Below are positions 1 through 14,519 of a DNA stretch of 64,000 nucleotides, piece by piece. The notes beneath the pieces were generated by a model that had not been told where the DNA came from, searched no databases, and saw nothing but the letters and a program-made list of their open reading frames with translations. Source of the stretch: Octopus bimaculoides (lineage: Eukaryota); contig NC_068990.1 in the NCBI RefSeq assembly GCF_001194135.2, positions 43,632,224 to 43,696,223 of the forward strand. The letters run 5' to 3'. Numbering within the stretch: position 1 is the stretch's first letter; the number at the start of each line of letters is the position of its first letter. A program made the translations under genes and the position numbers.

Positions 1-240
1 CTCAATATTTACTGCAAACCCTGGCCCCTTGCTTCTCTTATATTTCTTTAAATCATTTGCTATAATCATCTCAATCCTGTCCACTCACCCAGTCCAAACC
101 TCTATACCACCTAACCTATTCTCACTGCTACCAATGTCCCTTCAGGGCATGTCTCAATACATCTTTGCCATTATCTCTTTCACTATTGCTCTCTTGATCT
201 TACTCTCTAACTCACTCTCCTTACTTTTCCATCTGAGGTG

Positions 241-620
241 TTGGCACTCCGTCGCTTACGACATCAAGGGTTCCAGTTGATCCGATCAACAGAACGGCCT
301 GCTCGTGAAATTAACATGCAAGTGGCTGAGCACTCTACAGACACGTGTACCCTTAACGTAGTTCTCAGGGATATTCAGCGTGACACAGTGTGACAAGGCT
401 GACCCTTTGAATTACAGGCACAACAGAAACAGGAAGTAAGAGTGAGAGAAAGTTGTGGTGAAAGAGTACAGCAGGGTTCGCCACCATCCCCTGCCGGAGC
501 CTCGTGGAGCTTTAGGTGTTTTCGCTCAATAAACACTCACAACGCCCGGTCTGGGAATCGAAACCGCAATCCTGTGACCGTGAGTTCACTGCTCTAACCA
601 CTGGACCATTGCGCCTCCAC
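241..620 (-). mobile_element. tRNA-derived SINE (family A), near full length
   Basis: The minus strand starts GTGGAGGCGCAATGGTCCAGTGGTTAGAGC (A-box-like) and has GGTTTCGATTCC (B-box-like). A diverged partial copy of the 3' body lies at about 49040-49190. Confidence 0.8.
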
Positions 621-3600
621 TCCATCTGAGGTATCCATGTATTAATTCCACAGCAAGACACCTATCTGTCTCTCTATACCTTTAGTCTCTCAATTGGCAC
701 AAAGCCACACACCCTCAATACTACTCACCCCTCCCAGTTGAGGGGCTTTTATCTTGCAAAGTACTCATTGACTGTCAGTGCTGGTGCCACATAAAAAGTA
801 TCCAGTACACACTGTAAATGGGTTAGTATTAGAAAGGGCATCCAGCCATAGGAACCATGCCAAAACAGACAATGGAACCTGGTGCTGCTCCTAGTCTTGC
901 CAGCTCCTATCAAACCATCCAACTCATGTCAGAATGGGAAAACCATTAAACGATGAATTTGATATACATATTTTAAAATCTACATTAACAGAAGCATAAC
1001 AGTTTTAAAAGCCGAGAGAAATAAACCTTTAATGCTATATGCATTAAAAGATGTTCAATCAACAAATTCCATTTGAATAAGAAAGAAACAAAAAAGAAAA
1101 ATGATTGAGAGAATTTTTCAGCCATGTATTTACTGTCGGTAATAAGCTGACATCTCATCCTCTGTGGTTCTTTATAAACTATTCAGTGTCATTAACCTTC
1201 ACTGTTCTAATATAACAACTACTATCTGTTATAATATTTTCTCATTTGTAGATAATATGTTATACATATTCCTTGGAAACTTGCATCGCCTCAAACAATT
1301 AGAGATCCATTATCTGATAAGAGTGATGGTACATATCCATGAACAAATAATAACACAGAACCATCCCCACTGACTCTTAGAGGTTACTCTAAGTGTTCTC
1401 TATGTAAATCCATATGCAATATAGCAGTTCAATGAGCCGGATCCATAGGGAATACACTCTTTGTGGGTATCTATTAATTTGGAAAAGCATATAGAATTTG
1501 GAAGAAGGAATTTAGTGAAATGGATACTTCCCCAAACTTTTTCACACAGAACCTCTATGTGATCGTCTGGCCTGTGAGAAGTAGCATTCAAATTTCCTCA
1601 TGTCAAATGTTACCATCTTAAAAAAAGATAGCATATTAGATAATGCAGTCACAGACATGCTAAATGATAGGACAGGGGTGATCATGGTCAGAATGTCTTG
1701 CATCAAAAGTCTGCTAGGTGAGAAATGGCCAAAGGATAAGCAACTTGTTTTAAAATCTAAACGAAGATTTGTTTATTCATTAATTCAACATCTATAGGCC
1801 TGATTTTTACAGCTGGATGTTCTTTCTGTTGCCAATCCTGAACTGCTTTACAAGTATGTGATATTTTATCTTAAAGGTCTTTGAAAGCACAGCGTGACCT
1901 GTCATAACAGCTACAAGAAATATAAAACATGAAACCACTGTTTTAGTGACGAGTGAAGCAGTAGAGTGTCAGCATTCATATTTAAACACATTGCATGCAT
2001 CTATGCACACACATGTGCATGCATACACAATGGGCTCCTGCGGTTTCCATTAAGCAAATTTACTCACAAGGCATTGGTTAACAGGGATATAGTACAAAAT
2101 ACTTGACCAAGGTGACACATTGGGACTGAACTCAAAGCCATGCATTTCCTAAAAGAACATATTAACCACACAGCCTTACCAAATATAAAGACATATGGAC
2201 ACCATAGGCAATGGAAGAAATGTGAGCTATGGTTATTAACTTATTGAATGCCTGTCAGTTTCATTCCCTCTGAGGGGACCATTTCAACCCTTTAACATTT
2301 AATCCAGCCATATCTGGCTCAAATATTCTACCCATCTTATGTTCAAACTGACCAGATCCAACCTCTTACACTTACCCTACAATGTCATTCTAAAAATATA
2401 CAAACACACCATTGAAATCTTGAAGCTACAAAATAATATGTGATTATTTCAATACAATGTGAATAAATAAGCAATACATATGACAAAGAAATCTAACTGT
2501 TAAATGATTAATAGTTATAGGCAATGGAATTGCAGAATCAGTAGAGCATCAGATACCTACAGTATTTAGTTATGGCATTTTCATTCTGAGTTGAAAACCT
2601 ACTGAGGTTGACTTTGTTATTTTATTAAACTTCAGGAGGATGATAAAAACAGTCAACTACTGAGGTCAATATAATACTTTATACCATTCCCAAATTCGTG
2701 ACAGTGTTTTACTGATAAGTTTTTTTTTTAAATCAATATTTATAAAGTCTTGTCTAGATTGTAATTTTTTTGTTTTTGTTGTTTTCTTTTAAAGAAGGGA
2801 TACAACATGGGAATGGTAGCATAACTCTTGCCAGTAGAAAAGGAATTTTAGCATTTAGTTCTCTCTTGCATTTTGAGTTCAAATCACAATAGGATTCATT
2901 GTTTATCATCAAGCCACTAGGACTAACTGAAATAAATATCAGTCATATTACAGAAGCAGGTTCTACTTACAATACTCTAGCCTCCAACAAATATGTGATC
3001 ATGTGCACAGGTAAATGAGTCAGTTTACAAACAACCACCTGGAGAACCTCATTACCGAAATGAATTGTTTAAAGAGAGAAGGGCAATGTCCATGATGCTT
3101 TTTAGGGACTCTGAGACTAGAGGGAAGGCAGGAAGGAACATATCTGTCCAGAATGCTCGCAACAGAATGGAGCCCACTAAAGGTACCCAAGAATCGGGTA
3201 GTAGTGTTAAACTGGGTGACAGATTAAGTCCATCACTGAAGTAAATTGTTGCAGGATTTGGTATTAGAATGTAAAGAGATGGACTAAATACTAAAAGGCA
3301 TCTAATGACACTAATCCACTGTCCTGGACTGATACTTTATCAACCCCAGAAAGATGAAAGAAAAGTCAAAGTTGACCATAGCAGGAACTGAACTCAGAAT
3401 GCACAAAGCCAAAATGAATAATGCAAATGCCACATAAAACCAGATTAAACTTAAGTTCACAAGAAAAAGAACCAACCACTAATATTTATTGCACATTACT
3501 TAATATCAGTTCTCTGTCTATCAATTTCTCTTAGTCTAATCATAAATCCTTTCGATTACAGAGGAGAGAAAACATGATGCTATGACAGCAAATTGATATT

Positions 3601-4249
3601 CTAAGGATCTTAGCAACATTGCCAATATTTTTCAACATGTAAGTCAAATTTTTCAGACCAAAATTTAGTCCAAAAAAAAAAAAAAAAAAAAAANNNNNNN
3701 NNNNNNNNNNNNNNNNNNNNNNNNNNNNNNNNNNNNNNNNNNNNNNNNNNNNNNNNNNNNNNNNNNNNNNNNNNNNNNNNNNNNNNNNNNNNNNNNNNNN
3801 NNNNNNNNNNNNNNNNNNNNNNNNNNNNNNNNNNNNNNNNNNNNNNNNNNNNNNNNNNNNNNNNNNNNNNNNNNNNNNNNNNNNNNNNNNNNNNNNNNNN
3901 NNNNNNNNNNNNNNNNNNNNNNNNNNNNNNNNNNNNNNNNNNNNNNNNNNNNNNNNNNNNNNNNNNNNNNNNNNNNNNNNNNNNNNNNNNNNNNNNNNNN
4001 NNNNNNNNNNNNNNNNNNNNNNNNNNNNNNNNNNNNNNNNNNNNNNNNNNNNNNNNNNNNNNNNNNNNNNNNNNNNNNNNNNNNNNNNNNNNNNNNNNNN
4101 NNNNNNNNNNNNNNNNNNNNNNNNNNNNNNNNNNNNNNNNNNNNNNNNNNNNNNNNNNNNNNNNNNNNNNNNNNNNNNNNNNNNNNNNNNNNNNNNNNNN
4201 NNNNNNNNNNNNNNNNNNNNNNNTTTCACCATCATTTACTTTTTGCATT

Positions 4250-5166
4250 TCATCGAGGTGTTAAGGCCACCGAGATTTGAGCTGTGTTTGGAGAACGAGC
4301 AATGCATCAAAGTACTGGACACTGTTGGTTTTCACACTTCAAAATTGGGAATTTTGACCTCAAGGACAAATCACACACTGGTCAGCCAACTGAGTTCGAT
4401 GAAGAGCAATTGAAGCAACTTCCTCACCAAAATCCACATCAAGCAACCAGAGAATTGGTGGAGCAGATGAATTGTGATAAAAAAAAAAAAACTGTGGTGA
4501 ACCACCTTCACTCAATGGGCAAGGTTCAGAAACTCGGCACTTGGGTGCCACGCACTGAGTGAAAACAACAAAAATCAATGCTCCACAATCGCTACCTGTT
4601 TGTTCACTTGATATCGCTCGACACACAAGGTCACAAACAGTGTTATCTTCACTGCATTGTTACTGATGAAAAATGGTGCCTTTACATTAATATGAAGCAG
4701 CGAAAAGAATGACTCAGCCCCAACAAACAAGCAACTCCACAAGCAACCTTAATCCTCAAAAGACCACGTTATGTGTATGGTGGGATTGGGAAGGCAACCA
4801 AAGACTCAATGCAGAGCTCTTCATTCAACAACTGCACCGACTCAAAGAAATTCAGCAAAACGACCGAATAGGCAAAATAGTGTACTTCTGCAACACGACG
4901 ATGCCCATCCTCATATCGCCAATATTATCAAAGCCATGATTCAAGAACTCGAATGGGAAGTGCTACCTCATCCTCTTTACTCTCCTGATTTTCATCTCTT
5001 TCAACTGCTTTGTGCAATGTATTGTTCAACAATGACGTGGAATTGAGGGCTTGGTTGGACGAATTCTTTGAGTCAAGACCAGATTTCCACCACCAAGATA
5101 TTGAAAAAACTTATTGAACGATGGAAGGAAGTCACGAACAACAATGGAGAGTGTATTATTGATTAA
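4250..5166 (+). mobile_element. Degenerate mariner (Tc1/mariner) transposase pseudogene; 5' end lost in the gap
   Basis: Frameshifted ORFs carry mariner motifs: WFSHFKIGNFDLKD, VQKLGTWVP, LCVWWDWEG, LQHDDAHPH and WEVLPHPLYSPD. Confidence 0.9.
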
Positions 5167-5304
5167 TTTGTAGTTTTTTTGTTTAAAATAAATTTGAAAA
5201 AAAAAAACAGTCATGGAGGAAAATACAGAAGTTAAAAGAAATTACTTCAATCAGAATTTGAAACGTTGCACTCTCCGGATAGACATAAACAAATTAAATG
5301 TAAC

Positions 5305-5350
<46 letters not shown>

Positions 5351-5685
5351 CTACTCAAACTCTGGTCCACATTCTTCACTACTACTTCTACCACAGACTG
5401 CTATTTCTTAGGGTTCATTAATCTCATACCACCTTCACACAGAACCATCCAGCTTACTTGTCACCGATGTTGTGTTCATTACTTATCTCAAGCTTTGTAC
5501 TAATTACTCTACCCAGTCCTTCCTCCTCAGGATGTCATCCTTCTGGAATTCTCTACCTTCTTCTCTGTCCATGTTTTCATGCACCTATCAGTTACTCAAG
5601 AGGAATAGTGTCAGCTGCATCACTCTCCCTAATCTCAAAAGCCTATGAAGGCCATGAACACAATTGCTTCTTATAAAACAAATCA

Positions 5686-5719
<34 letters not shown>

Positions 5720-6978
5720 AATTCTGACAAGATCCTTCCTATCTCTGTTACTGTCTTTGCAGTACTTCCATATATCAAAATCACTATAAAAAAAAAAGTC
5801 AACCAAGAGAGGTGAAATATAAGGTCACAAAATAAATACATTCTAATCATATTGAGTCAATGAGGATGCCATTACACAGTAATCTGATCGGCTAGAAATA
5901 GCAATCAAATTTTCATATCAGATAGACCATGTGTGAAAGAAAAAAAAAATCTAGTCATAGTTGGAACATCTGATCATTCTGCTCAATCAGACCTGATATA
6001 GGCTTAAAAAACAACAACTTGAATCATATCAGACATGAAGTTGCATGCAAGGCCAGCAATATTGAGTTACACATTTAAAAGTCATTAACAGTACCTCTAA
6101 TATGACAAGACAATGATCAACTGAGCACGAGATTAGCAGTAGAATACACCCAGTTTGCAAGAAATGATCAACTGATAAGCAGCTGATTATGGAGTACAAA
6201 ACAAACAACTAAACTGCAGTTATGTAAATCAATACTAAACAAAGAGTTGTACTGACTACAATCAGACTTTATCAAGACACAAGATGATAGTTTATGTCTC
6301 AAATATATAAAATTATCAGTATTTATGACCAGTTTGATACATGACTTATCTATCTCTCACTACACACAAATAGCCACTCACTCTAAATACTAAGGCTTTG
6401 GATACCTATCTTTTATCAGTGATGCAAAGAGAGAGTCACAAGCTGGATTAACAACTTACTATCACAAGTCTGCAGAGCAAGAGCTGAAGGTTCATATATT
6501 AGTACTAATATATAAACAGTGGGTGTCTTCAGCATTCATTCTTAACTATCAATCACTCCTATCACTGAACTATGACTTGATACAATGGTAAGGTACAGCA
6601 CTGCCCTCTTGTAAGCAGAAAATAGGAGCATGGTAGAACTGCAAAGTATTGATGAACAGGCATTCCTACAGAGAAAAAACCGTTTTCTCTCAATGACTTA
6701 ACACCAAGAAAGGGATGAACATCATGACATCTTATCTACATAGATAGTGCCTCTTAGAGGGAGACAAATATGAATCTGTGATGGAAAATTCTGCTGCTAT
6801 TAAAGTGTCAGGTAAAGTCACATCACAGCAACCCTTAATACCCTTAACACTTTATCTTACCTTTCACTCGTTTCATTCATTGGACTGTGACCATGCTAGT
6901 GAACTACCCTGAAGAGTTTAATCAAACAAATCAATCTCAGCACTTCTTATTTTTAGTGTCTGATATTTGCTCTATCAA

Positions 6979-7387
6979 GGCGTAGGAGTGGCTGTGTGGT
7001 AAGTAGCTAGCTTACCAACCACATGGTTCCGGGTTCAGTCCCACTGAGTGGCACCTTGGGCAAGTGTCTTCTACTCTAACCTCGGGCCGACCAAAGCCTT
7101 GTGAGTGGATTTGGTAGACGGAAACTGAAAGAAGCCCGTCGTATATATGTGTATATATATATATGTATGTGTGTGTATATGTTTGCGTATGTGTTTGTCC
7201 CCCCCAACATCGTTTGACAACCGATGCTGGTGTGTTTATGTCCCCAGAACTTAGCAGTTCGGCAAAAGAGACCGATAGACTAAGTACTAGGCTTACAAAG
7301 AATAAGTCCTTGTGTCGATTTGCTCGACTAAAGGCAGTGCTCCAGCATGGCCACAGTCAAATGACTGAAACAAGTAAAAGAGTAAAC
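6979..7387 (+). mobile_element. tRNA-derived SINE (family B) with internal (TA/TG)n tract
   Basis: Head TAGGAGTGGCTGTGTGGTAAG...GGTTCAGTCCC, core CCTTGGGCAAGTGTCTTCTAC and tail GACTGAAACAAGTAAAAGA. Further copies or fragments at about 7400-7635(-), 12600-12985(-), 15878-16290(+), 31940-32280(-), 47500-47875(+), 51130-51330(-), 56772-57100(+) and 58215-58360(+). Confidence 0.8.
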
Positions 7388-7654
7388 CAACACCAGTTAT
7401 CAAGCAGGAAGTGGGGTGGGGAAAAGCACAAACACAAAGGCATTCATACAGTCACATTATTCCTACACACACATGATGGGCTTCCATGCAGATTCCATCC
7501 AGTAAATTCACTCATGGAGTGTTGGTTAGCTAGGAGCAATAGTAAAAGACACTTGCCCAAGGTGCTGCATTGTGGGACTGAACCTGAAACTGTGTGGTTG
7601 CAATGCAAGATTCTTAACAACACAGCCATGCCTGTACCAATTTACCAAGCTCTA

Positions 7655-7810
7655 ATTGTGGAGGATACCTGTAGAAGGGGTAGACCCAGGAAGATGTGGG
7701 AGAAAATGGTGAGAAAGGATTTTTGGATGCTGAGCCTCAATGAGGCAATGACAAGGGACCAGGAGATGTGGCGATTTGCTGTACTTGTTAAGACATGTCA
7801 AAGCTAAATA
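7655..7810 (+). mobile_element. RTE-like LINE 3' coding fragment
   Basis: Translates as VEDTCRRGRPRKMWEKMVRKDFWMLSLNEAMTRDQEMWR, the typical RGRP..W C-terminus of RTE-clade ORF2. Confidence 0.6.
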
Positions 7811-8106
7811 AAATCGCTGTCTTCCACACATACAGGATGTTAAGTAGTTGGCATTAGGAAGGGCATCCAGCCAGAGAAACTATGCCACAACAGACAGCTG
7901 GAGTCTGGACAGCTCCTTGCTAGCCAGCTCCTTGTCAAACCTGCCAACCCATGCCAGCATGGGAAGAGGATGCTAAATGACAATGATGATGATCTCCTGA
8001 AGGTTCATAAAATGAAGCAGATGAAATAAATTCTCTGTTGGATAGGACCTTACTTTATCACAAGTAGCATTCTCAGACTGATCTGATAAGCCATTCCATA
8101 TAACTA

Positions 8107-9365
8107 TCAGGCTGAGTAAAAAGTAAGCAACATTTTGAAACATGAAATTCATCACAATATATTTCAACAATGCAGAAATTTTAATCATCAAAGTAAGTAC
8201 CACTACAATCAACATATTTTGCCAACGAGTTACAAGTTTGTTCATTCGAGTAACATAAAAATCTGGAGTTCTGGAGCTGATGAACACTTTGAACGCACTT
8301 TCAGCATTGGTTTGATTTTTGAACTCCATCTCTTGCAGGAAACCATTAAGGTCCTTGAAAATGTGATAATTGATAGGAGAAAGGTCTGGGGAATAAGCTG
8401 GGTGGGGCAGAACTTTGTGGCCAACTTCCCTCAACTTCTGGAGAGTCATTAGTGAAACGCATGGTTGAGCATTGTCATGAAGAATAATTAGCCCTCTTCC
8501 GTTGAGCAGTCTGGGATGGAGGTGTAGCAGTTTTTCATTCATTTTGGCAATTTCATGGCAATATGTTGCTGCAGTGATGGTTTTTCCAGTTATAGTCGAT
8601 GAGTCCAGTAGTAAGCCACCAAACAGTCACCATAACCTTCTTTTTGAAGAGCTCGGGTTTAGGGAAGGCTTTTGGTGCTTCATTTTGGTCCAACCACTGA
8701 AGAACCATTTTTATTATTGTACAGAATCCACTTTTCATTGCAAGTTATAATATGGTCGAGAAATGAATCAGTCTGGTCACAGAGAAGCGATGAGCAAATT
8801 TCATATCTGTGCATTTTCTGATTTTCATTCAAACCATGTGGTACCCATTTGTCAAGCGTTTTTGATTTTCAGATCACATGCAAATGGTTACAGGCAGTTT
8901 TCTGGCTGGTTTGAAGTTCTTTTGCCAGTTCTCGAGTGGTTTTATGCAGATCTTTCTCAATGATGGTCTTTAATTGAACATTATCAATGACAGATGGGCA
9001 TCCACTATGTTCACAATCTTCAAGGCTCAGCTCTCCACTGCGAAATCATTTAAACCATTTTGGAGCTGACCACTCACTGGTCATTTCTTCAAATGTTTCA
9101 TTGATATTGCAAGCAGTTTCAGCTGCTTTACATCCTTTTTTTGAAGTTGAATAGCAGAATTGCTCAAATATCACACTTTCACATTTCCATTTCAGATGAT
9201 TATAATAACAGTGAAAAAAATATCAATGTTAATTTATTGATGCATTTGGGTAAGTCTGTATCATCAGACAATTGCAAAAAGATGTTTAAAAAACATTCAA
9301 AACTGCAAAAATCCGGTACAAATTCTTCATGGTTTAAAATGTTGCTGACATTTTACTCAACCTGA
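8107..9365 (-). mobile_element. Full-length decayed mariner element with terminal inverted repeats
   Basis: TIR TCAGGCTGAGTAAAAAGTAAGCAACATTTTGAAACATGAA from 8107, preceded by TA, matches the reverse complement of about 9326-9365. Transposase motifs ILHDNAQP, HPAYSPDLSP and KKVMVTVWW, plus N-terminal AAETACNIN, are broken by stops and frameshifts. Confidence 0.92.
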
Positions 9366-10019
9366 TCAAACTCAAACCGAAGAGATGGTTGCTATGCAGT
9401 TGCTTGATCTGTAACAAAGAGCATCTAAACCTCCCTCATCTCATACGCTACCACCTTAAAGAATAAAAATTTATTTTACTTGGTCTTTTGATTCCCTGAG
9501 ATGACTATAACTGGATTGCCTTTGTTCATAGATACAGAGCTTAACAACAAATTAACTAAGGTCATGTAGAATTAAGTGTTCAGTCCAGAAACTCAATGAA
9601 GTTACAAGAGGCTGGAGACACAAACATACACACACTCACAAACACATCATCATTTAATGTCCACTTTCTGTGGTAGTATGGGATGAATGATTTGATAGGA
9701 GCTAGCAAGCCAGACAATGGCACTACACTCGACTGTCTGCTTTGTTATGGACGTCCTTCCTAATGCCAATCACTTTATAGAGTTTATTGGATACTTTCTA
9801 TGGGTACTAGCACCAGTGAGGTCACCAAGTAACTTTCAAGACAAAACATTTCAGCAGTAGATGGAGAGTCGTATTGAAGGAGGTGGCTTTGTACCAGTTG
9901 ATGATTAGTTAGGACAGAGAAAGGGGTCTTGAAATAGAGGAGACACATGACTACCCTAACTGATACATAGATATACATACATGTATATATACATATATGT
10001 ATATATTTATTTATTTATT

Positions 10020-10067
<48 letters not shown>

Positions 10068-10598
10068 GATGTTCANNNNNNNNNNNNNNNNNNNNNNNNN
10101 NNNNNNNNNNNNNNNNNNNNNNNNNNNNNNNNNNNNNNNNNNNNNNNNNNNNNNNNNNNNNNNNNNNNNNNNNNNNNNNNNNNNNNNNNNNNNNNNNNNN
10201 NNNNNNNNNNNNNNNNNNNNNNNNNNNNNNNNNNNNNNNNNNNNNNNNNNNNNNNNNNNNNNNNNNNNNNNNNNNNNNNNNNNNNNNNNNNNNNNNNNNN
10301 NNNNNNNNNNNNNNNNNNNNNNNNNNNNNNNNNNNNNNNNNNNNNNNNNNNNNNNNNNNNNNNNNNNNNNNNNNNNNNNNNNNNNNNNNNNNNNNNNNNN
10401 NNNNNNNNNNNNNNNNNNNNNNNNNNNNNNNNNNNNNNNNNNNNNNNNNNNNNNNNNNNNNNNNNNNNNNNNNNNNNNNNNNNNNNNNNNNNNNNNNNNN
10501 NNNNNNNNNNNNNNNNNNNNNNNNNNNNNNNNNNNNNNNNNNNNNNNNNNNNNNNNNNNNNNNNNNNNNNNNNNNNNNNNNNNNNNNNNNNNNNNNNN

Positions 10599-10660
<62 letters not shown>

Positions 10661-11199
10661 ATACAGAATGGGGCAAGAACGCAAAACATCCAGACATATA
10701 TATATAAATAAATGGATGTTTATGCACGCAATCATATATAAACCTATGAATACACAGTGTACATTGTGTGTGTGTAGAATAAAGTTACCATCTGCTTGGT
10801 TATCAATCGATTTGGCATCAGAATTTGATTAACTATATTATAATATTTATTACAGCTTCTACTGATTTACAAGCCAACAAAATTTCCACCACCATACTCC
10901 AACACCCAATAACACCAACACCACCAACAACAACACAATACGAACACCATAACATCAACAACAACAACTAACGGTTGTCTAGAAAAATCTATACATGTTC
11001 TTGTCTAAAATTATTCAGATTGTTCCATCATGCTGGCTTTAAGCCTGCCAAATGACCTCCTTCTTGTGTATTTCCTTGTTTGTTAAGCACAGCTTACAGG
11101 ATGAAAGTCAGGTGATAGTGTAAATTTTGTAATCAAACATCAAAAGAAACTTGAAATGTTTGTTGTTGAAATATTTTTTTTTTTTACAGAAGACTATAA

Positions 11200-11750
11200 A
11201 TGAAAAAAAAAAAGACTAAATGAAATTCCTTTTCTCTGTAAATATCTCATATTGATTATTGAGAGGTGATGAGCAGTCGGAATGATTGTAGGGTGGGAGA
11301 GAAAGAGAGAGCATGGGGTAAGAGAGATGAGAGTGGATGACAAAAAAAAAAGAGAGAAGATATAGAAAGGAGAGAGTAAAAGAAAGAACAAACAAGAGAT
11401 GAGGGAGTAAGAGAATGAGAAAGAGAAAACAAGAGGAAGATAAATAAAAAACAAAAGCTGGGAAGAGAGATGAGAGGCAGACAGACAGAAGAGTGAAAAC
11501 AAAACAGGAAAGAGATATAGAAAGAACAAGAATAATAAATAGATTAAATGAGAGAAGTGTGAGGGATAGAAAAATAGAGGGAAAAAGGTGAAGAAAGGAC
11601 TTGGAGAAAATGAGAGAGAGAGATTGGAAGCAAGCAAGCAAGATGAAATAAGTGATTAAAGAAGAGAGAGTTTGAGAAAAGAAAGAAACAAAGGATGAAA
11701 TGGAAATAGAGAAAAGTAATAGAAAGAAAGAGCAATTAGATGAGAGATTC
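11200..11750. repeat. Purine-rich (GA) low-complexity tract
   Basis: Strong A/G strand bias; the ORFs over it are L/S/F-rich artefacts. Confidence 0.8.
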
Positions 11751-11978
11751 ATATCCTGCTATAGGAAATGTATGTCTAAAGGCAGTGGAATAAAGAACGA
11801 CAATATGTCAGTGGAGGAACCACTGGTCACTATAGAACAGTGGTAGCACTGTAGAGTTGATGAGTGTTTCAATTCTAGCCTCCAGAAGGAAATGTGTCTT
11901 ATCCTGTTGATACTACAGAAACTATAAAAAAAAAAGAACACCATCCTAGTGTACTATGCTTCAGTGGTCCATCTAAAG

Positions 11979-12311
11979 CAGTGGTTCTCAACCAGGGTCC
12001 ATCCATATAAGAGTTGGGGTGGAGGTCTACACAACAAAACAGTAAATTGAGGATCCTCCATAGTATTTTAAGGGCCCCAGATAAATTTTGCTTTAGATGT
12101 ATGTATTAGTATGTATTGCAAGAAATGGCTTGGTTTCTTTCTCTAATGCTTTATATAGTTAAACCTACAAAAGTCAATGTGTTGAAAACAAAATGAGAAT
12201 TTTGAAAGTATCTATAAAACTAGTTTTTAAACATCAAATGGCTTGGGGGTCCGCCAGTATACAATAGCAATCTAAGGGGTCCATAGATTAAAAAATGGTT
12301 GAGAAACCCTG
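11979..12311. mobile_element. hAT-like MITE with 8-bp target site duplication
   Basis: TIRs CAGTGGTTCTCAACC and GGTTGAGAAACCCTG (13/15 match). Flanks are ATCTAAAG and ATCGAAAG (7/8 match). Confidence 0.8.
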
Positions 12312-14519
12312 ATCGAAAGGTATTCATTACTAGCTCATACTTGCTGCTAAAACAAAGTAACAGAACTTGTTTCATTCTATTGAGAATCTAGGCAAAAACT
12401 ATTGGCAACTTTTATCTCTAGTGATTCTTGTTTGAAAACTCCCACATCCCAGAGAAAACTGAACTTCTTAAACTAAACTGAAGCATCCAGAATTATGCAC
12501 TTTGCCCACTGCCCAATAACATCGCTACAGATGGTTTGTGGTCACTTTAACCTCCACTCTAGATTTTGCTTCCTTGCTCAGGCTCTTTGTTAATTCTTAT
12601 CTTTTACTTGTTTCAGTCATTGGACTGTCGCCTTTCTGGGGCACTGCCTTAAAGGACTTTACTCAAACAAATAAACCCTAGTACTTCTGTTTTTTTGTTA
12701 TTTTTTTTTAAGTCTGGTACTTGTTCTATCATTCTCTTTTGCCAAACTGCTATGTTACAAGGATGTAAGCAAACCAACACCAGCTATCAAGCAATGGGGC
12801 ATGACAAACAAACACAAAGACACGCAAGATGGGCTTCCACACAGTTTTTGTCTATCAAATTCACTCACAAGGATTTGGTCAGCCTGTGGGTATAGAAGAT
12901 ACATGTCCAAGGTACCGCACAGTGGGGCTGAACCTGAAACCATGTGGTTGTAAAGCGAGCTTCTAAACACACAGCCATGCCTATGCCTATATGGGCAACT
13001 TCTCACATTTTTTCTCTAAACTTTCCTTTGTCTAAAACAGTGGTCAACTCCTTTTCTTCTAGCAACTTATGTTACCTTCCCTTACATGAAGAAAAACTAG
13101 CATGAGAGTATCCAACTAAATATGAAATTCCTAACCTGTATTTTGTAGAGGTGCATGGTTTAGTGGTTCGGGTGTTGGCACTCATGATAGTAAGAATGTG
13201 GGGGCAATTCCTGGACCTGACAATACAAAACACTTCATTTCACATTGCTCCAGTCCACTCAACTGGCAAAAGTGAGTAATCCCGCAATGACCAGAATCCT
13301 GTCCAGGGCCAAAATATATACATTGCAGAAACCAGAAAACTGATCCTAAGAGTCTATAGGGCTCAGAAAGGATCTACCTGTATATTGAAAATAGAAACTA
13401 TGTCTAAAGTCCTACATTATGCCTTTTACTAAAACTGGGAAGGTTATACATACACTGATGAACAAATGTTGAAGCTTGACCCCTAAATCATCAATGTGTA
13501 CATATTTGTATTGATCCCTGGATGGATTGCTAGATCCCTGGATTAACCTTGCAATGGACTTGTACTCTGTTCAGAGAACCATCTTGTTTTCTCCGTTGCT
13601 TAAATAACTGAGAAACCAGGATAAGTTCCAGCCTAAAGAATATGTAGATTGATGACGAACTTCTTTTTTATGATAAAAGGTTAACATTGTATCAGAAAGG
13701 TTAATGTTCCTAGACGAACCAATACATGACTGAAGCACACTGATTTCAAATATCAGCAGAAGGCCAGCAAATTGGGGAAAGGAGTAAGTCAATCACATCA
13801 ACCCCAGTGCTCAACAGGTACTTATTTTATCGACTCTGAAATGATGAAAGGCGATGTGGACCTTGGTAGAATTTGAACTCAGAATGTAGACGAACAAAAT
13901 GCCACTAAGCATTTTTCCCAGCATGCTAATGATTCTGCCAGCTCGCCACCTTAAATTGAAGCACATTAAAAGATAATATATTGCAGACTACACATACTAA
14001 ACTTCAAACAAACCTTCAATCCCCAATATTCTATATTTTCAGGTCTATTATATAATTTGTATACTCTGTATTTCTCTTGTACCACTACTGCTTATCTGAA
14101 TTCTATTTTTCTGTCTAATTCCTACTTAAAAATCACTTGATGATCCAGTCTCTTTCCGACCATAGAACCTATCATTTCTCTCATTTCCTAGACCTCCTTG
14201 TACATTCCTAATCCTTTTCCTCCAGATTTAAAACTCTGCAAATCACCATGTTTGATTTACCCTACCACTAACTTCTAGAAGTTTGAATTAACTTCACCCA
14301 GATATTACCAAATCATCATTAATGTCTAAAAATGACAGAGCATCTTTGTTTGACACTAGATAATTAAAAAGTATGTATTGGCAATTATGATAACGAGAGG
14401 ATGTTAGCTATCTTAAGAGAGAAGGTGATGATGTTGGCAATGATAATGAAACATTATATTGGCAGATACATCTATGGTAACACAGGCAATAAAAATGATA
14501 ACGTTGGTACAATACTGAT

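Noticed and set aside
540-620. tRNA-like sequence (also the heads of SINE families B and D)
   Set aside because: A- and B-box-like motifs are present, but there is no complete cloverleaf and each continues into a SINE body.
7163-7807. 214-aa ORF
   Set aside because: It is a chance read-through across two SINEs and an RTE tail fragment.
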